A stretch of 63,992 nt of DNA, the filler included, from Octopus bimaculoides (taxonomy: Eukaryota), in assembly GCF_001194135.2 (NCBI RefSeq). It is 5 parts of 5 records of this genome, joined end to end, with 100 filler letters (N's around TTAATTAATTAA, not from the genome) between each part and the next. Parts side by side here need not be neighbours in the genome. Positions count along the whole stretch, not along the records: positions 1 to 30,141 come from NC_068992.1; 4 more parts are not named here. One strand, 5' to 3'. Both the position numbers and the translations under genes were made by a program. Shown here piece after piece: positions 11,543 through 24,376 of this stretch; position 1 is the first letter of the stretch; each line of letters opens with the position of its first letter. The notes beneath the pieces are model-generated. The model did no database searches, was not told the origin of the DNA, and saw only the letters and a list, made by a program, of their open reading frames with translations.

Positions 11543-14500
11543 AGTCTGTTTGTCTGTCTATAAAACGGGATTCCCTCACAAGGCTTAGCTTAGTCGGCTC
11601 GGGGCTGTCGCAGAAGACATTAGCTCAAAGTACCATGCAATGGAACCGAACCGGGAACCATGTGGATGGGAAGCAGAACCGCATGTTTTGAAGACACTAG
11701 AGGATTAATATCTGAATCTCTAATTTATATTTTTAATAATCAGCCGGGAACTTAGTTATCCAATGCATTCTGCTATCCACTGTGCCGCCGTACATGGAAA
11801 TAAAGCCACTACTTTGCTGGTTCTTGCAATCCAAAATCTTCTTTCTTTGGTTCTTAGCATTTACACAATGTATCGTGAAGCTCGAAATATTAATATAATT
11901 GTTGATATCATGGTATATAATATAGTTATAAATCTAGTTATAATTATCTTCTTTTACAGCTTCTGCGTGGTGTGAAATTATGGAAGAATCTTTTGGAGGT
12001 AATGTAAAAGCTATGGACGAAGAAATGCAATATACTGTTTCATATATAGTCTTAAATTTCTTCCGTCATAAAAATTGATGTAAATTGATTTACATTGTAA
12101 TAAATGTCCTTCATTGATATATAAATCTCAGATTCTAAGTGTGTGACAGAACAAGCAATTTGAAGCAAAGAGAAAATATAGTAAATAAGGAAATAGTTCT
12201 GAAACGAATATTTCTATTTTTCCCCTGCTAGCGAAGCAACGAAGACTTTCTGCAACTATCATATTATTTCATTCAGTTATCGACTGGTATCACTTAAATA
12301 AGCATTTTTGAGTGGTCGAGAAGCTTGCAGTGAAAATACGGAGTTTCGCGTAGGAGGCTCCTGCGTGGCACCTTAGGAAAGATGTCTTCTTCGATGGTCT
12401 CCGGAGGGTCGATGCTTTCTGACGCTACCATCTTCAGAAAGTGAAGCATACACTAAACAATGTAGTTAAAGGTACAGGAAAAAAATCTGATACTCACGGC
12501 TGGAATGTTTTTTTTTTTATGATGGAAGCTTGATGGAAGCCCCTCTGTCATTTAGCAAGAACATTAAACTGTAGAAGTGAAATATGAAAGAAAACCATTG
12601 TCAAGATATTTCATCAGTGTTAATTTAAGACCACGACATCAATTATGCTGTACTTCGACGAGAGGTGAAGCAACGAGGGTGACTAGAAAATCGTGACTGC
12701 TTCCGTCAAAACTACACTCTCAGTTCTGCCACTTCGTCGCCTTAAAGATATTAAAAATATTTCAAGTTAAAATAATCGAGCATAGCTGAGTGGTTTAAAA
12801 GTTCCATTCGCAATCACCTGATTTCGTGTTCAATACCACTACCCAGCATTTTGATTGTTTTATACTATTACTCCAATTCGATCAATGCCTTGTGAATAAA
12901 TTTCGCAGACGGAAACTGTGTAGGAGCCCGTCACATGTGTGGCGTGTGTGTCTTTTTTTTTTGCTTGTCCTCACCTGCTTGACCACCGGTCTTGATTTGT
13001 TTACGTTCATGTTAACTTGCAATCGGACAATTAGATATCGATATAAGAAATTATTACCAGGCTTCAAAAAAGGATAAGCAAATCAGACACTGAAAACAAG
13101 AAAGAAAAACAACAAAAACAACAAAATCCTAAATTAAAATATGGTAACAAATAAATGTGTATTGTTTTAATTAAAAAAAAAACAAAACAAAACAGATTTT
13201 CTTTGAATATTTTATTTATAAGATTTAGTTTTTCGTTTGCATGTTTTGCCCAGTTCAAGAAGTTTCTGAAGAACAATGGAATTCATTATTGGTGGCATCT
13301 ATTTTAAATACACCGTGTTAAATTTAGCTTTCATCAATGTCTCATAATTAGGCAGTGTTTGTTTGGTACTTTAGAAAAGGCCACCAATTGTTGTTAAGTA
13401 AGTCTATACCACTTATTTTCCGTTCTCAAAACAAAAAAACAAGATTGTTTTCAATGTCTTTGTATGAATTAACTTTAATTTTTCACCATACTTTTATTAC
13501 AATAANNNNNNNNNNNNNNNNNNNNNNNNNNNNNNNNNNNNNNNNNNNNNNNNNNNNNNNNNNNNNNNNNNNNNNNNNNNNNNNNNNNNNNNNNNNNNNN
13601 NNNNNNNNNNNNNNNNNNNNNNNNNNNNNNNNNNNNNNNNNNNNNNNNNNNNNNNNNNNNNNNNNNNNNNNNNNNNNNNNNNNNNNNNNNNNNNNNNNNN
13701 NNNNNNNNNNNNNNNNNNNNNNNNNNNNNNNNNNNNNNNNNNNNNNNNNNNNNNNNNNNNNNNNNNNNNNNNNNNNNNNNNNNNNNNNNNNNNNNNNNNN
13801 NNNNNNNNNNNNNNNNNNNNNNNNNNNNNNNNNNATATATATATATATATATATATAGTTCGTTTTTGTCCCTACCACCGCTTGACAACCGGCGTTGGTT
13901 TGTACCCGTAACTTAGCAGTTTGGCAAAGTGAACGATAATATAAGTACCAGACAAAGTAAAAAAAAAACTTAAATCTGGATTCTGTTTGCTCCACTAATC
14001 CCTTCAAGGTGGTGCTCCACGGTGGCCGCAACCCAATGACTGTGAAAGTAGCATAATAAAATTACTAAATTAAGCATCATGACCCTTATAAAAGGTCTCT
14101 GAGACAGATGATGGTGGGGAATCGAAGGTAAAAGCCAGAACCCCGTGAGAGTTATTCTGTAACAGATAAAGAGTTTCAATACTCGTATATGCAAACAGAC
14201 TAGTGTCTTTTAAAGTCACTCAGTACGTCAGGTGTTTTTGTGACGGATGCCTTAGTCGATTCTCGACCCTTATTGATGTTTCGCCAGAGACGCCTACATT
14301 ACTTGAGCAATCCTACAAAACCCATATAGCCAATCCGTTAATATACACATCAAATATAGTAACCCAGGGATCCAGAGGGTTTATAAATTGATTTGTTCGT
14401 TTATTCGGGCTTTTATTCGGACAGTGTAAGACGAGAAGTGAACCGATTAATTTTTATATTTATTTAACAATTCTCTGTTAAGTAATTAATCCCAGTAAAG

Positions 14501-15459
14501 GTTAACAAATCTGTGACGGACCGGCGTCCCGTCCACGTGGGGAACCTATACGCTTATGAAACCGGGAAACCGGCCCTTATAGACCAGGCGTTCCTCGAGA
14601 AGGAACAAACAACAAAAAGTGAACATATCCAAATGAAGTATATGATAGATCGGTTCATTGGTTCAATCCTATTCAAGGCTTTCAGAATTCCTTCTAATTT
14701 TAGCAGAAGGCCAGTAATTTTTATGAGACTGGAGAAAGTCGACTTCAGTGGAATTTGAATTGAACTGAGAAAATAAAAAAAAAACGGAAGAAATGCGGTT
14801 AAACATTTTATCCGATGTGGTAACGATTCTCTCAGTTCGCTGCCATAATGATAACACTGCGTAAAAAATTGTTATTTTTGTTTGTATTTGATCAGTGAGT
14901 GTTACTTCCTATTTGTTTCTATCTATAAATCAAAGGAAGTTACTACAATTCCTTTGAAACTTTGCTTTTGTGACACGGACATCAATGCTTTGAAACTGAC
15001 TTTCCATTACATTTCAGATAGATTTAGCACTGAGTTGCTGAAGCAAATATCGTTATAGCAAACATTCTGCCTGTCACTAGGTACTAACCACAGAGCTTCA
15101 GACAGTGGTACTCGTGGTACTCGTGGTGTACAACCGCTTGTCACTACAATCCAGTGACATATCAATCATTTGTTACTCTATCTACTTTAAATCCTATGGC
15201 AATTGAAGAGTGCTGACATATGCCAACCTAACCAGTTGGAAGCGTTCAGTGAGTCACAACTTTAGCCGGATACCTATGCTTCAAACCGTGAAAATCTGTA
15301 GTAGGACTAAATAGTTACCTGAGAGATCATGGGTAGAGAGTCACTCTAAAATGCTTTTGACGAGGAAGCAAAAGGGGACGGCAATCATCTGCGAAGCTGG
15401 AGCAATCACAATGTATGTACTTATATGTATGTTCGTGTGTGCGTGCACGAACGTGCTGA

Positions 15460-15534
<75 letters not shown>

Positions 15535-15999
15535 TGTGTATGTGTGTATGTGTGTGTGTATGTCTGTGTATTATGAGAGACTAGGATGGGGATCGAACCA
15601 ATGAGTCAATCAATCTCGTTTCTATCGAAAAGTTCATTAGGACTTGTTCACCTTTGATCTCGAAACTATCAATAATGTTTGCTAAAGGAATTAATTATTA
15701 ACGGAAAATGGCTAAAAATTGTTAATTAAGTAAGAAATTGATCGCTTCAGTTCTCATTCTAGGCTTCCCATAATCCCTTCTTAGGGCCACTTTCCCTGTG
15801 GCAGTAACTACGTATGAATACGTGACTGTACATTTATGCTTCACAATGCACTGCTAGTTATTTGCCGACCATAATCCTTATAATATTGTTACATCGGGAG
15901 ATATAATACTTCGGTTTTGATTAAATATCTCTCATACATAGATTCATTTGATATTTTATTCCGTTACTGGCATCAGTCATTAGGTTGTGGACAAGCTGG

Positions 16000-16211
16000 A
16001 GCAATAATTTTAGAAACCGGAGTGGATCATATTGGTTTCAAATTTTGTCGATTACATCGACTCCATTGCTCAAATGGTGCTTAATTTATCGACCTCGAAA
16101 GGATGAACGGCAAAGTCGACGTCGACTGATTTTGAACTCGGAAGGTAAAGACGGACGAAATGCCGCTAAGCATTTTGTCCGGCGTGCTAACGATTCTGCC
16201 AGCTCGCCGCC
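16000..16211 (-). mobile_element. SINE family A
   Basis: GAAAGGATGAACGGCAAAGTCGAC...GCTAACGATTCTGCCAGCTCGCCGCCTT. Confidence 0.88.
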
Positions 16212-16473
16212 TTATTGCAGTGGATCATATCGATACCAGTAATTACTCTCGTCTAATCACTTAATACTTGTTTCAGTTACTGGACTGCGGTGAAACTGGG
16301 ACACCGCGTTGAAGGGTTTAGTCTAAGAAATGAATCTTGGTACCTCATTTTTTTGAGGCTGGTACTTATTTTATGTTTCTCTTTTGCCGAACCACTTGAG
16401 AGGACGTAAATAAACCAACCTCTGTTGTTAAGCGGTTCGGGTGGGATAAAACACAAACACAAAAACAAACACA

Positions 16474-16516
<43 letters not shown>

Positions 16517-17139
16517 TAGACATTCATATATATAGGAGAATTATTGATGAAAATGCACCTGAATTTGAAAAACTTGTAATTGTTTTTAAATAAATTTATT
16601 TATATACATACCAAACTAGTTCTAACAATTTTTTGTTTATCAATGGTATAAACATATGGAATATAAAAAATTTTAAATTGCGACGTAGAAAACATGTTTA
16701 AGCGATTAAATGTTCAGAAAATTTAATAATATAAAAAATGATCGGCGAAGTATATAAAAAATGTGGATCACCAAAAGTTCAGTCATACTGAGTTAAGAGA
16801 GAGAGAAAGAGAGAAAAGAAGAAAGTAAAGAAAAGGGGTTTTGTTACAATTTCCGTCATCTTGGGTTATTTTTTCTGTCACGTGCAAGGTTTTTCGCGAA
16901 ATTGTCCAAACTAGTTTGGTATGTATATAAATAAATTTATTAAAAAAAATTACAAGTTTTTCAAATTCAGGTACATTTTAACAACAAATTCTCCTATATT
17001 ATTTCCTGCGCGGAAATACACCCCTTCTTTTCGTGTATATATATATATAAATAGTTTTTTTTTTCTATTAAAACTGAAGTCGAGAGTTAGTTTCGCAACT
17101 CGTGTTCGAAACGTCTGAAGATCATATTTATTCTTTTCT

Positions 17140-17340
17140 ACTTTAAGCACAAGGCCCGCAATTTTTGAGAAGGAGCCAGTTGATTAGACCAACCCAAGGA
17201 TGCAACTGGTACTTAATTTATCGACCCCGAAAGAATGAAAGGCAAAGTCGACCTCGGCGGAATTTGAACTCAGAACGTAAAGACAGACGAAATACCGCTA
17301 AACTTTTCGCCCGGCGTGCTAACGTTTTTGCCAGCTCGTT
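17140..17340 (-). mobile_element. SINE family A
   Basis: CCCCGAAAGAATGAAAGGCAAAGTCGACCTCGGCGGAATTTGAACTCAGAACGT...GCCAGCTCG. Confidence 0.9.
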
Positions 17341-18989
17341 ACCTTCAAGATCATATATATTAGTTCGGTCATAGACATGTACTTGCTTAGATAGTTATGA
17401 AGCTGATCGTTAGTTCATTCCTCATCCAAATTTGCAGAACGATTCCTCGTAGGTCTAGTTTCATCACAAAGAAACAAAGCATCTATGAATATAAGTTGTG
17501 TAAGTATTTTATATAGAATAAAATATTTCAGTTTTTATAGATAAGTAAAAAAAAAACAACAACAAAAAACCCGAAAAAGAAAAGGTTATTAATTCTTCGT
17601 TTGAGTAAACAACAAGTTTAATTCACCAATTCTCCAATTATAAGACCAGCTGGATAGTTAAGAAAACTATCCTAATATTAAATCCGATATTGAGACAAAT
17701 TTTGTTACATTACATTGCGACAACACTTTGGAATTGGACAACTTAATTGGGTGATCTATAAAGGAGAACTAATAAATAAACCGACATCATAAACAACTGG
17801 TATGATGTAGCAATGTTGTATAAAGCTAGACATACCAACTGATATATTGCGATACAAGAATTTTTAGAATATAATCAATTTGTCTTGAACTGGGCCCAGT
17901 GGTTTAGAAAGGTTTATGCATGGAATCTTTCATAGTTATTTATTCTCTGTCGATTTTATGTGTCTGGAGATATTTTACGAATGTTTTTTTTTTATCTCTC
18001 CTCAAAATGTTTTATTAGAACAGCAAAATAGAAGAAATAGTTATTTATCCAATTTTTCTATAAACTATAAATTGTACGGATTGTATTTTATAGGAATTTT
18101 ATTAGAAGAGATTCTTCATAATTTCTTCAAATTTACAATTCTTCTGCATTAATTGCTTACACATTTTCAAAAGATATATTATGTTTCAGATAAAACTACT
18201 TTCGTTCACTAGTCGTAATGAAACTTCTTTTCATTGTTTCTTTTTCTTCTCATTTTCTCTTTCTTCATATAATTACATTAATGTAATTACGACCATTAAA
18301 GAGATGAACTGAAAAATTCTAACTCCCTGATGTCTTACTGATTTATGAATAACATACAGAAATATAACTGCAAAATGTTTTATATGTCATTTCAAAGTTT
18401 AATCGATTAGATTTTAAGTTAGTTTATTTACGATTTTCAATGAAATCAACTGTGAACAAACATTGGTCGTGGGCGGGGTCGAACAGGCGTTTGGATTGAT
18501 ATGGCGGTTGTGGTGGCATTGGTGGTGGTTGTGATGATATCGAATACTCATTGAAGGCTTTAGTCTGTATTAGTTCTTGGCTCTAAAAGAAATGGAAAAC
18601 TAGAATACGAACCATCGAATTTCAAGCTTTTTTGTCTTGTAGATTTATCCACTTGGCCAGCAATGATTCTTGAAGTTGGATAAAAATAAATCCTGTTTCT
18701 AAGATACATAATAGTTTACATGGTACCAAAAATGTTTATTTATATCTTGTAATAGTCTTAGTTATGAGAAACCAACAGGGTTTATTAATGATCTTAGTCT
18801 GGCCCCACTTGCAGACTGGGTTACACCTAATCAGGAGGGTTTTCTTACTGAGTCTACAAGGAATTCGAGAAAGTTCAATCAAATCCTACTTAACTCGCCA
18901 CTGACCATAAAAAGATCGACTGGATGTTCGAGTTTGTGACGAGTTTGAAGCTTTTTGACCGAACTGATAAGTTATCCTTCACTTTTTAT

Positions 18990-19400
18990 TTGTTTCAATC
19001 ATTTGACGGCTGCGGCCATGCTGTGCACCGCCTTGAAGGATTTTAGTCGAATGAATCGATCCAAGGACGTATTTTATTTTCAAAGCCTAGTACTTATTGT
19101 ACCGGACTCTTTTTCCGAACAGCTAAGTTACGGGGAGATAAACACAATAATAACGGTTGTCAGGCGGTGATGGGGGCAAACACACACACACACACACACA
19201 TGGACACGCAATACATGTGTATATACGAGAGGTCTCTTCCACTTACAGTCTACCGTCTACGAAGCTATAGAAGAAAACATCTGCCCAAGGTGCCACACAG
19301 TGAAACTGAACCTGGAGCTATGAGGTTGGGAAGCAAGCTTCTTTCCACACAGCCATGCCCACGCTTATTGTGACATAAACAAACCAACAACGGTTATCAA
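18990..19400 (-). mobile_element. SINE family B (rearranged)
   Basis: TGCGGCCATGCTG..CGAACAGCTAAGTTACGGGGA..(CA)n..GCCCAAGGTGCCACACAGTG..GGAAGCAAGCTTCTTTCCACACAGCCA. Confidence 0.85.
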
Positions 19401-19963
19401 GCGGTAGAGGTGTACAACAACACACACACACACACACGACGTACTACTTCACTGTTTCTTGCCACCAAATTCACTCATCAGGCATTGATTGGTCGGGCGG
19501 ATGTAGTAGAAGTCCTTTGCTCGAGGTACTGCACAGTGGGGGGGGGGGCGAAACCGAAAATACATGGCTGCAAACGAGCTTCCTAACCACACAGCCACAC
19601 TTTTGGAACGTAGTCTACGATTTAACAACAATATAATAGCCATATACTAGTTCCACACCGGGATTTTTTTGAGTCCTTCAATTTTACGTCAGCTCACAAT
19701 TCCCAGGGCAGCGATGTTTCAATGTGTACTGAGGCTGCGGTACACCTGATTAGAAAATAATTGAAAGAGAAAACCAAAGTAAAATGAGTGTCTGACTGCT
19801 GTTAAATTAGAGAAATATTGCATTATTATCCTTCTGTAGCCTATTGCATAGACAAGAGAATTGATGTAATTTTTAAAACCAATTATATTAATAACATTAA
19901 ATTCTGCTTGCAATTAATTTTTATCTCATGCACTGTGTTCCGATTTCCCTTATGTACATCCGT

Positions 19964-20033
<70 letters not shown>

Positions 20034-21175
20034 NNNNNNNNNNNNNNNNNNNNNNNNNNNNNNNNNNNNNNNNNNNNNNNNNNNNNNNNNNNNNNNNNNN
20101 NNNNNNNNNNNNNNNNNNNNNNNNNNNNNNNNNNNNNNNNNNNNNNNNNNNNNNNNNNNNNNNNNNNNNNNNNNNNNNNNNNNNNNNNNNNNNNNNNNNN
20201 NNNNNNNNNNNNNNNNNNNNNNNNNNNNNNNNNNNNNNNNNNNNNNNNNNNNNNNNNNNNNNNNNNNNNNNNNNNNNNNNNNNNNNNNNNNNNNNNNNNN
20301 NNNNNNNNNNNNNNNNNNNNNNNNNNNNNNNNNNNNNNNNNNNNNNNNNNNNNNNNNNNNNNNNNNNNNNNNNNNNNNNNNNNNNNNNNNNNNNNNNNNN
20401 NNNNNNNNNNNNNNNNNNNNNNNNNNNNNNNNNNNNNNNNNNNNNNNNNNNNNNNNNNNNNNNNNNNNNNNNNNNNNNNNNNNNNNNNNNNNNNNNNNNN
20501 NNNNNNNNNNNNNNNNNNNNNNNNNNNNNNNNNNNNNNNNNNNNNNNNNNNNNNNNNNNNNNNNNNNNNNNNNNNNNNNNNNNNNNNNNNNNNNNNNNNN
20601 NNNNNNNNNNNNNNNNNNNNNNNNNNNNNNNNNNNNNNNNNNNNNNNNNNNNNNNNNNNNNNNNNNNNNNNNNNNNNNNNNNNNNNNNNNNNNNNNNNNN
20701 NNNNNNNNNNNNNNNNNNNNNNNNNNNNNNNNNNNNNNNNNNNNNNNNNNNNNNNATATATATATATATATATATATATATACGTATAAAGAAAATATAT
20801 GAAGTACGCCTGTAACTAATGGTGTTAATTCATATCGAACTATCAGTATGGCGTCAAATGCGATAATTTGTTTAGAATTGGTTCAGAAACGAAACGATGG
20901 CTTTTGATTAGATATATGATTCATAAGTGCCCATAATGGCTGTATTACAAATAGTAATAATAATAAAAAATAATAATAGTAATAATAATGGCTCAAAGAA
21001 TAACGACCAAGCCAACGTAAATAGTTGGAGATAGAAGAAAAAAAAAAAACGGCAACAGCAACAACAGCAAAAAATGACAATGTTGTTGAATATAATAATG
21101 ACAAAAGCGAACGACACAGTAGTAACAGCAGCAACAGTAATAGTAGTTGTAGTTTTATTATTATTTTTATTGTTA

Positions 21176-21212
<37 letters not shown>

Positions 21213-21244
21213 CATTATTATTATTACTACTATTATTATTATTG

Positions 21245-21650
21245 TCCAGTAGTTTTATTTTTATAACGTGCTTGCACTTCACTACCGAGCGCAGCTCTGT
21301 GTGCCTCGAGGTATGTGTTGTGGTTTGCTGTGATGCTCTTATGGTTACTGTATTGAAAGTGTTTTGCGTAGGATGTGTGCAGTGCCCAGTAGTGCAATTT
21401 TCTGTGTGTTATATATATTTGTAAGTCCTGGTGTTTTTGTTATGTATTTGTCTGAATATTTTTTTATTATACCTAAGGCACCTACTATGATAGGAATTGT
21501 TTCTGTTTTTAGATTCCACATTCGAGTTACCTCTATCTCCAGGTCTTTGTATTTTGAAAGTTTCTCCATTTCTTTTAGGGAAACGTTGTCATCTGCTGGT
21601 ATTGATACATCAATTAGAAAGCAGAACAGAACATGTCATATGATCATTAA
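21245..21650 (-). mobile_element. R4/Dong-clade non-LTR retrotransposon 3' fragment (restriction-like endonuclease C-terminus + 3' UTR)
   Basis: Translation gives LIDVSIPADDNVSLKEMEKLSKYKDLEIEVTRMWNLKTETIPIIVGALG...QKIALLGTAHILRKTLSIQ*. The 3' end runs directly into (TAA)n at 21130-21244. Confidence 0.8.
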
Positions 21651-23227
21651 ATTGATAGTGCAGTATTATGTTCTTGAAACGAAAACTCAGACCACTTGGC
21701 CACGCGACTTCATATAGGTCAAAGAATATGCCAGAAAAATTTAAAAAGAAATATCAACGTCAAACGAAGACGATGCTTCTATTGTCAGACATAATTTTCT
21801 GAGAGATGTCGTGTCTAAATATGTAAGAAAAGACTACGTAGTTCCATCTTATATTCGCTGTTTCTTTCTGGTACTACTACTTATTTTTTTCTAGAAATAT
21901 TTCCACTGAGCAATCAAAACAAAGTCGTTTGCAACGGTAAACTTAGATTTTAATGTTAAATCACATTTGCTTCTACTGCACGAATGTACTATATTCAGTT
22001 TACACAATTCATATTTAACAGCAATTATCAAAAGAATTGTTAAAACAAACATTCAATTAATGCTGGAACTAAAAGAAAACACTTACGAAAATGAACAAAA
22101 AGCAATTCTTTAAAAGACATTCAATTATAAATGCTAACAAATCAGAATTTCTCATTAAACAAATTAAAATATCAAAGAAATTAAAAGGTATTTGTACGAA
22201 AATTGTTATGCCAATAATTGAATAAATTAGAAATAATCAATTAAAACGTTGTGTGAATTCGTGACAGAAATCAAAATTGATTATTTTTTCCAAAATTTTA
22301 TTTAGACACAAATAAATAAATTAATGCTGAAGTGTGAAAATGGTGATGTCTGCAAATGTTTTTGCAATCTTAAATATTTTATCACATTGTCATACATTTC
22401 CACGAATTGCTCTACATGGATGGGGGTTAATAATTATATCGAACGGAAGTCGTATTATGCATCACAGCTGGAACTGTCTGTGACGGTTTTATGAAAGAAA
22501 ATATATAATATTTATTTGTATTACACACTATATATGCTTCTCAAATTTTTATTTAACCGATTTCAAGTTGTAAGCTAATAAAGAAATTGTTTAGCTCCAA
22601 GTCAACACCGTTCAAACAAACTTATATTGAAAAGTGTTCCGATCGCGACCATCCCTCCTTTCCTATACCGTTGACTGCATTCAGATCTTCCAGAACGTGG
22701 CTCGTCTTCTAGGCTGTAGGTCAATCTGTATCAAGCAGCTTCACTCTCCATGTTTTAGCTTCGTTACTATAGCAACAGTCCGGATACTTACTGATCAGAC
22801 GGGGTGTATATACACACACGCTTCCGTTTTAAGATTGCATATTGATAAATATGTGAAACGAGAAAAATCATAAAAATTACTCAGTGTTGAATTATCAGGC
22901 AAAAAATTGTGCAGTATTCCCCATTTCTAAAGTTAACTGATACCATTTTTGAGATTCTATTTGTATTTGATTCACGACTTATTGGCTATGTTTGTCTACA
23001 GAAAAGACTGACTATTTATATTTATCAACCTTAATGGATATTAAGAGACTAATATTTGCAATTCTTAAAATGAATGTTTCCGTAGACATAACGTCTAGGA
23101 TACTGTAATTTCGATATATCCATAAAGGCAACGCTATGTCTTATTAGTTTAGAGGTTAATTCCTTTATAATCAGTGGCAATGATTCAGGTTCAGTCTCTG
23201 AATGAAGAGATTACTTCTCTCTATATG

Positions 23228-23875
23228 CAGGGTGTTCGGACTAAATTCCAGGATTTTTTGTCTCCTTGTTTTTTTTACAAGAACAGCTTGATGTTTTGGT
23301 GAACAGTCAGCGGCGTTGGAGAACATGAAGATTAAAGTAGTATTTGAGAAAAAAGTTATCTGACATAGAGGACTGGAAACTGTCTCATATTAGAAAAGAG
23401 TTGCCTGTACCATGTTGATTCGCATCGGCTATCATACTGCAACAGAGACTACGAAATGTGTCCAGCAGGAAGGGATGCAACAGGCGTCCTGATTGCCTCC
23501 GCACGTCGGAATTCATCCCCTCGTCTTAGAACAGAGCCATAGGCTCAATTCAGATGGCTATGTGAACTGCCAAAGACTATGATCAATCTCTAAGTGGAGA
23601 GGGTTACTGCTTGAAGGCCGTATGTGTGGCAGCAGGATTTGGTACCTTGCCATACATCCGGAAAGAGTCAGAAGTGGTTGTTGGGGAAATTCTACGACGC
23701 CAATACTCTATTTCTGGCCTCCTAATTCTCCCGATTGTAATCACATAGATTAATGTATGTGAGTGCAGTTAAGAAAGACACCAATCGCTCTGCCTGCAAC
23801 ACCAAGGCCGAGCTGGTAGCCAAGATCAAGTGTTTGAAGATCTTCCCTGGGACACAGTGAAGAAAGCATGCGTCT
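23228..23875 (+). mobile_element. Second maT/DD37D-like transposon remnant
   Basis: It starts CAGGGTGTTCGGACTAAATTCC. Frameshifted translation gives WQQDLVPCHTSGKSQKWL..WPPNSPDCNHID..NRSACNTKAELVAKIK-VFEDLPWDTVKKAC. Confidence 0.75.
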
Positions 23876-24376
23876 CGCATAAAAAAATAACAAAAACTGA
23901 GGCCATTACCTTACCTGCAGATCAAACGAACTTGGCCTTCTTAGGAGCAGGTGAGGAGAGGTCTTTCACTGCATGGATTGTCTCTTTGTCTCTTGCTCAA
24001 AGTAATGAACCCAACGCTCGTCCTGGCTTAGGAAACGTTCGATACCCTCTCTTCCTCTCCTAAATTCAGCTGCCCACTTTTGCACTGTTGATAAAGCTTG
24101 GCCGTCGTCCCCTAATGTAGCAACGATGCCAACATGAATATATTTGGGGGCTAAACCGTTTTTCTGCAAGTACAAGTACGATGCTAAAATGCGTCCATTT
24201 ACAAGAGACGTCGCTATTAGTTACTTTTGAAGTCTTCTTTGAAAATTCAGGTGTCCGTATAACTGACAAAAGAATCATGCAGTTATTAACTGAGTTGAAA
24301 TTAATGCATATAAGATTTCACAGCTGTAGCATCACTCCTTCCTAGCCAACCTACGAACTTTTCGTTCCATCTTCAT
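23876..24376 (-). mobile_element. mariner (DD34D-type) transposon remnant with internal deletion
   Basis: Translation gives YLQKNGLAPKYIHVGIVATLGDDGQALSTVQKWAAEFRRGRE fused directly to RFLSQDERWVHYFEQETKRQSMQ*..PAPKKAKFV*SAGKVMASVF. A degenerate mariner TIR (...GAAAAGTTCGTAGGTTGG) lies at about 24345-76. Confidence 0.85.
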
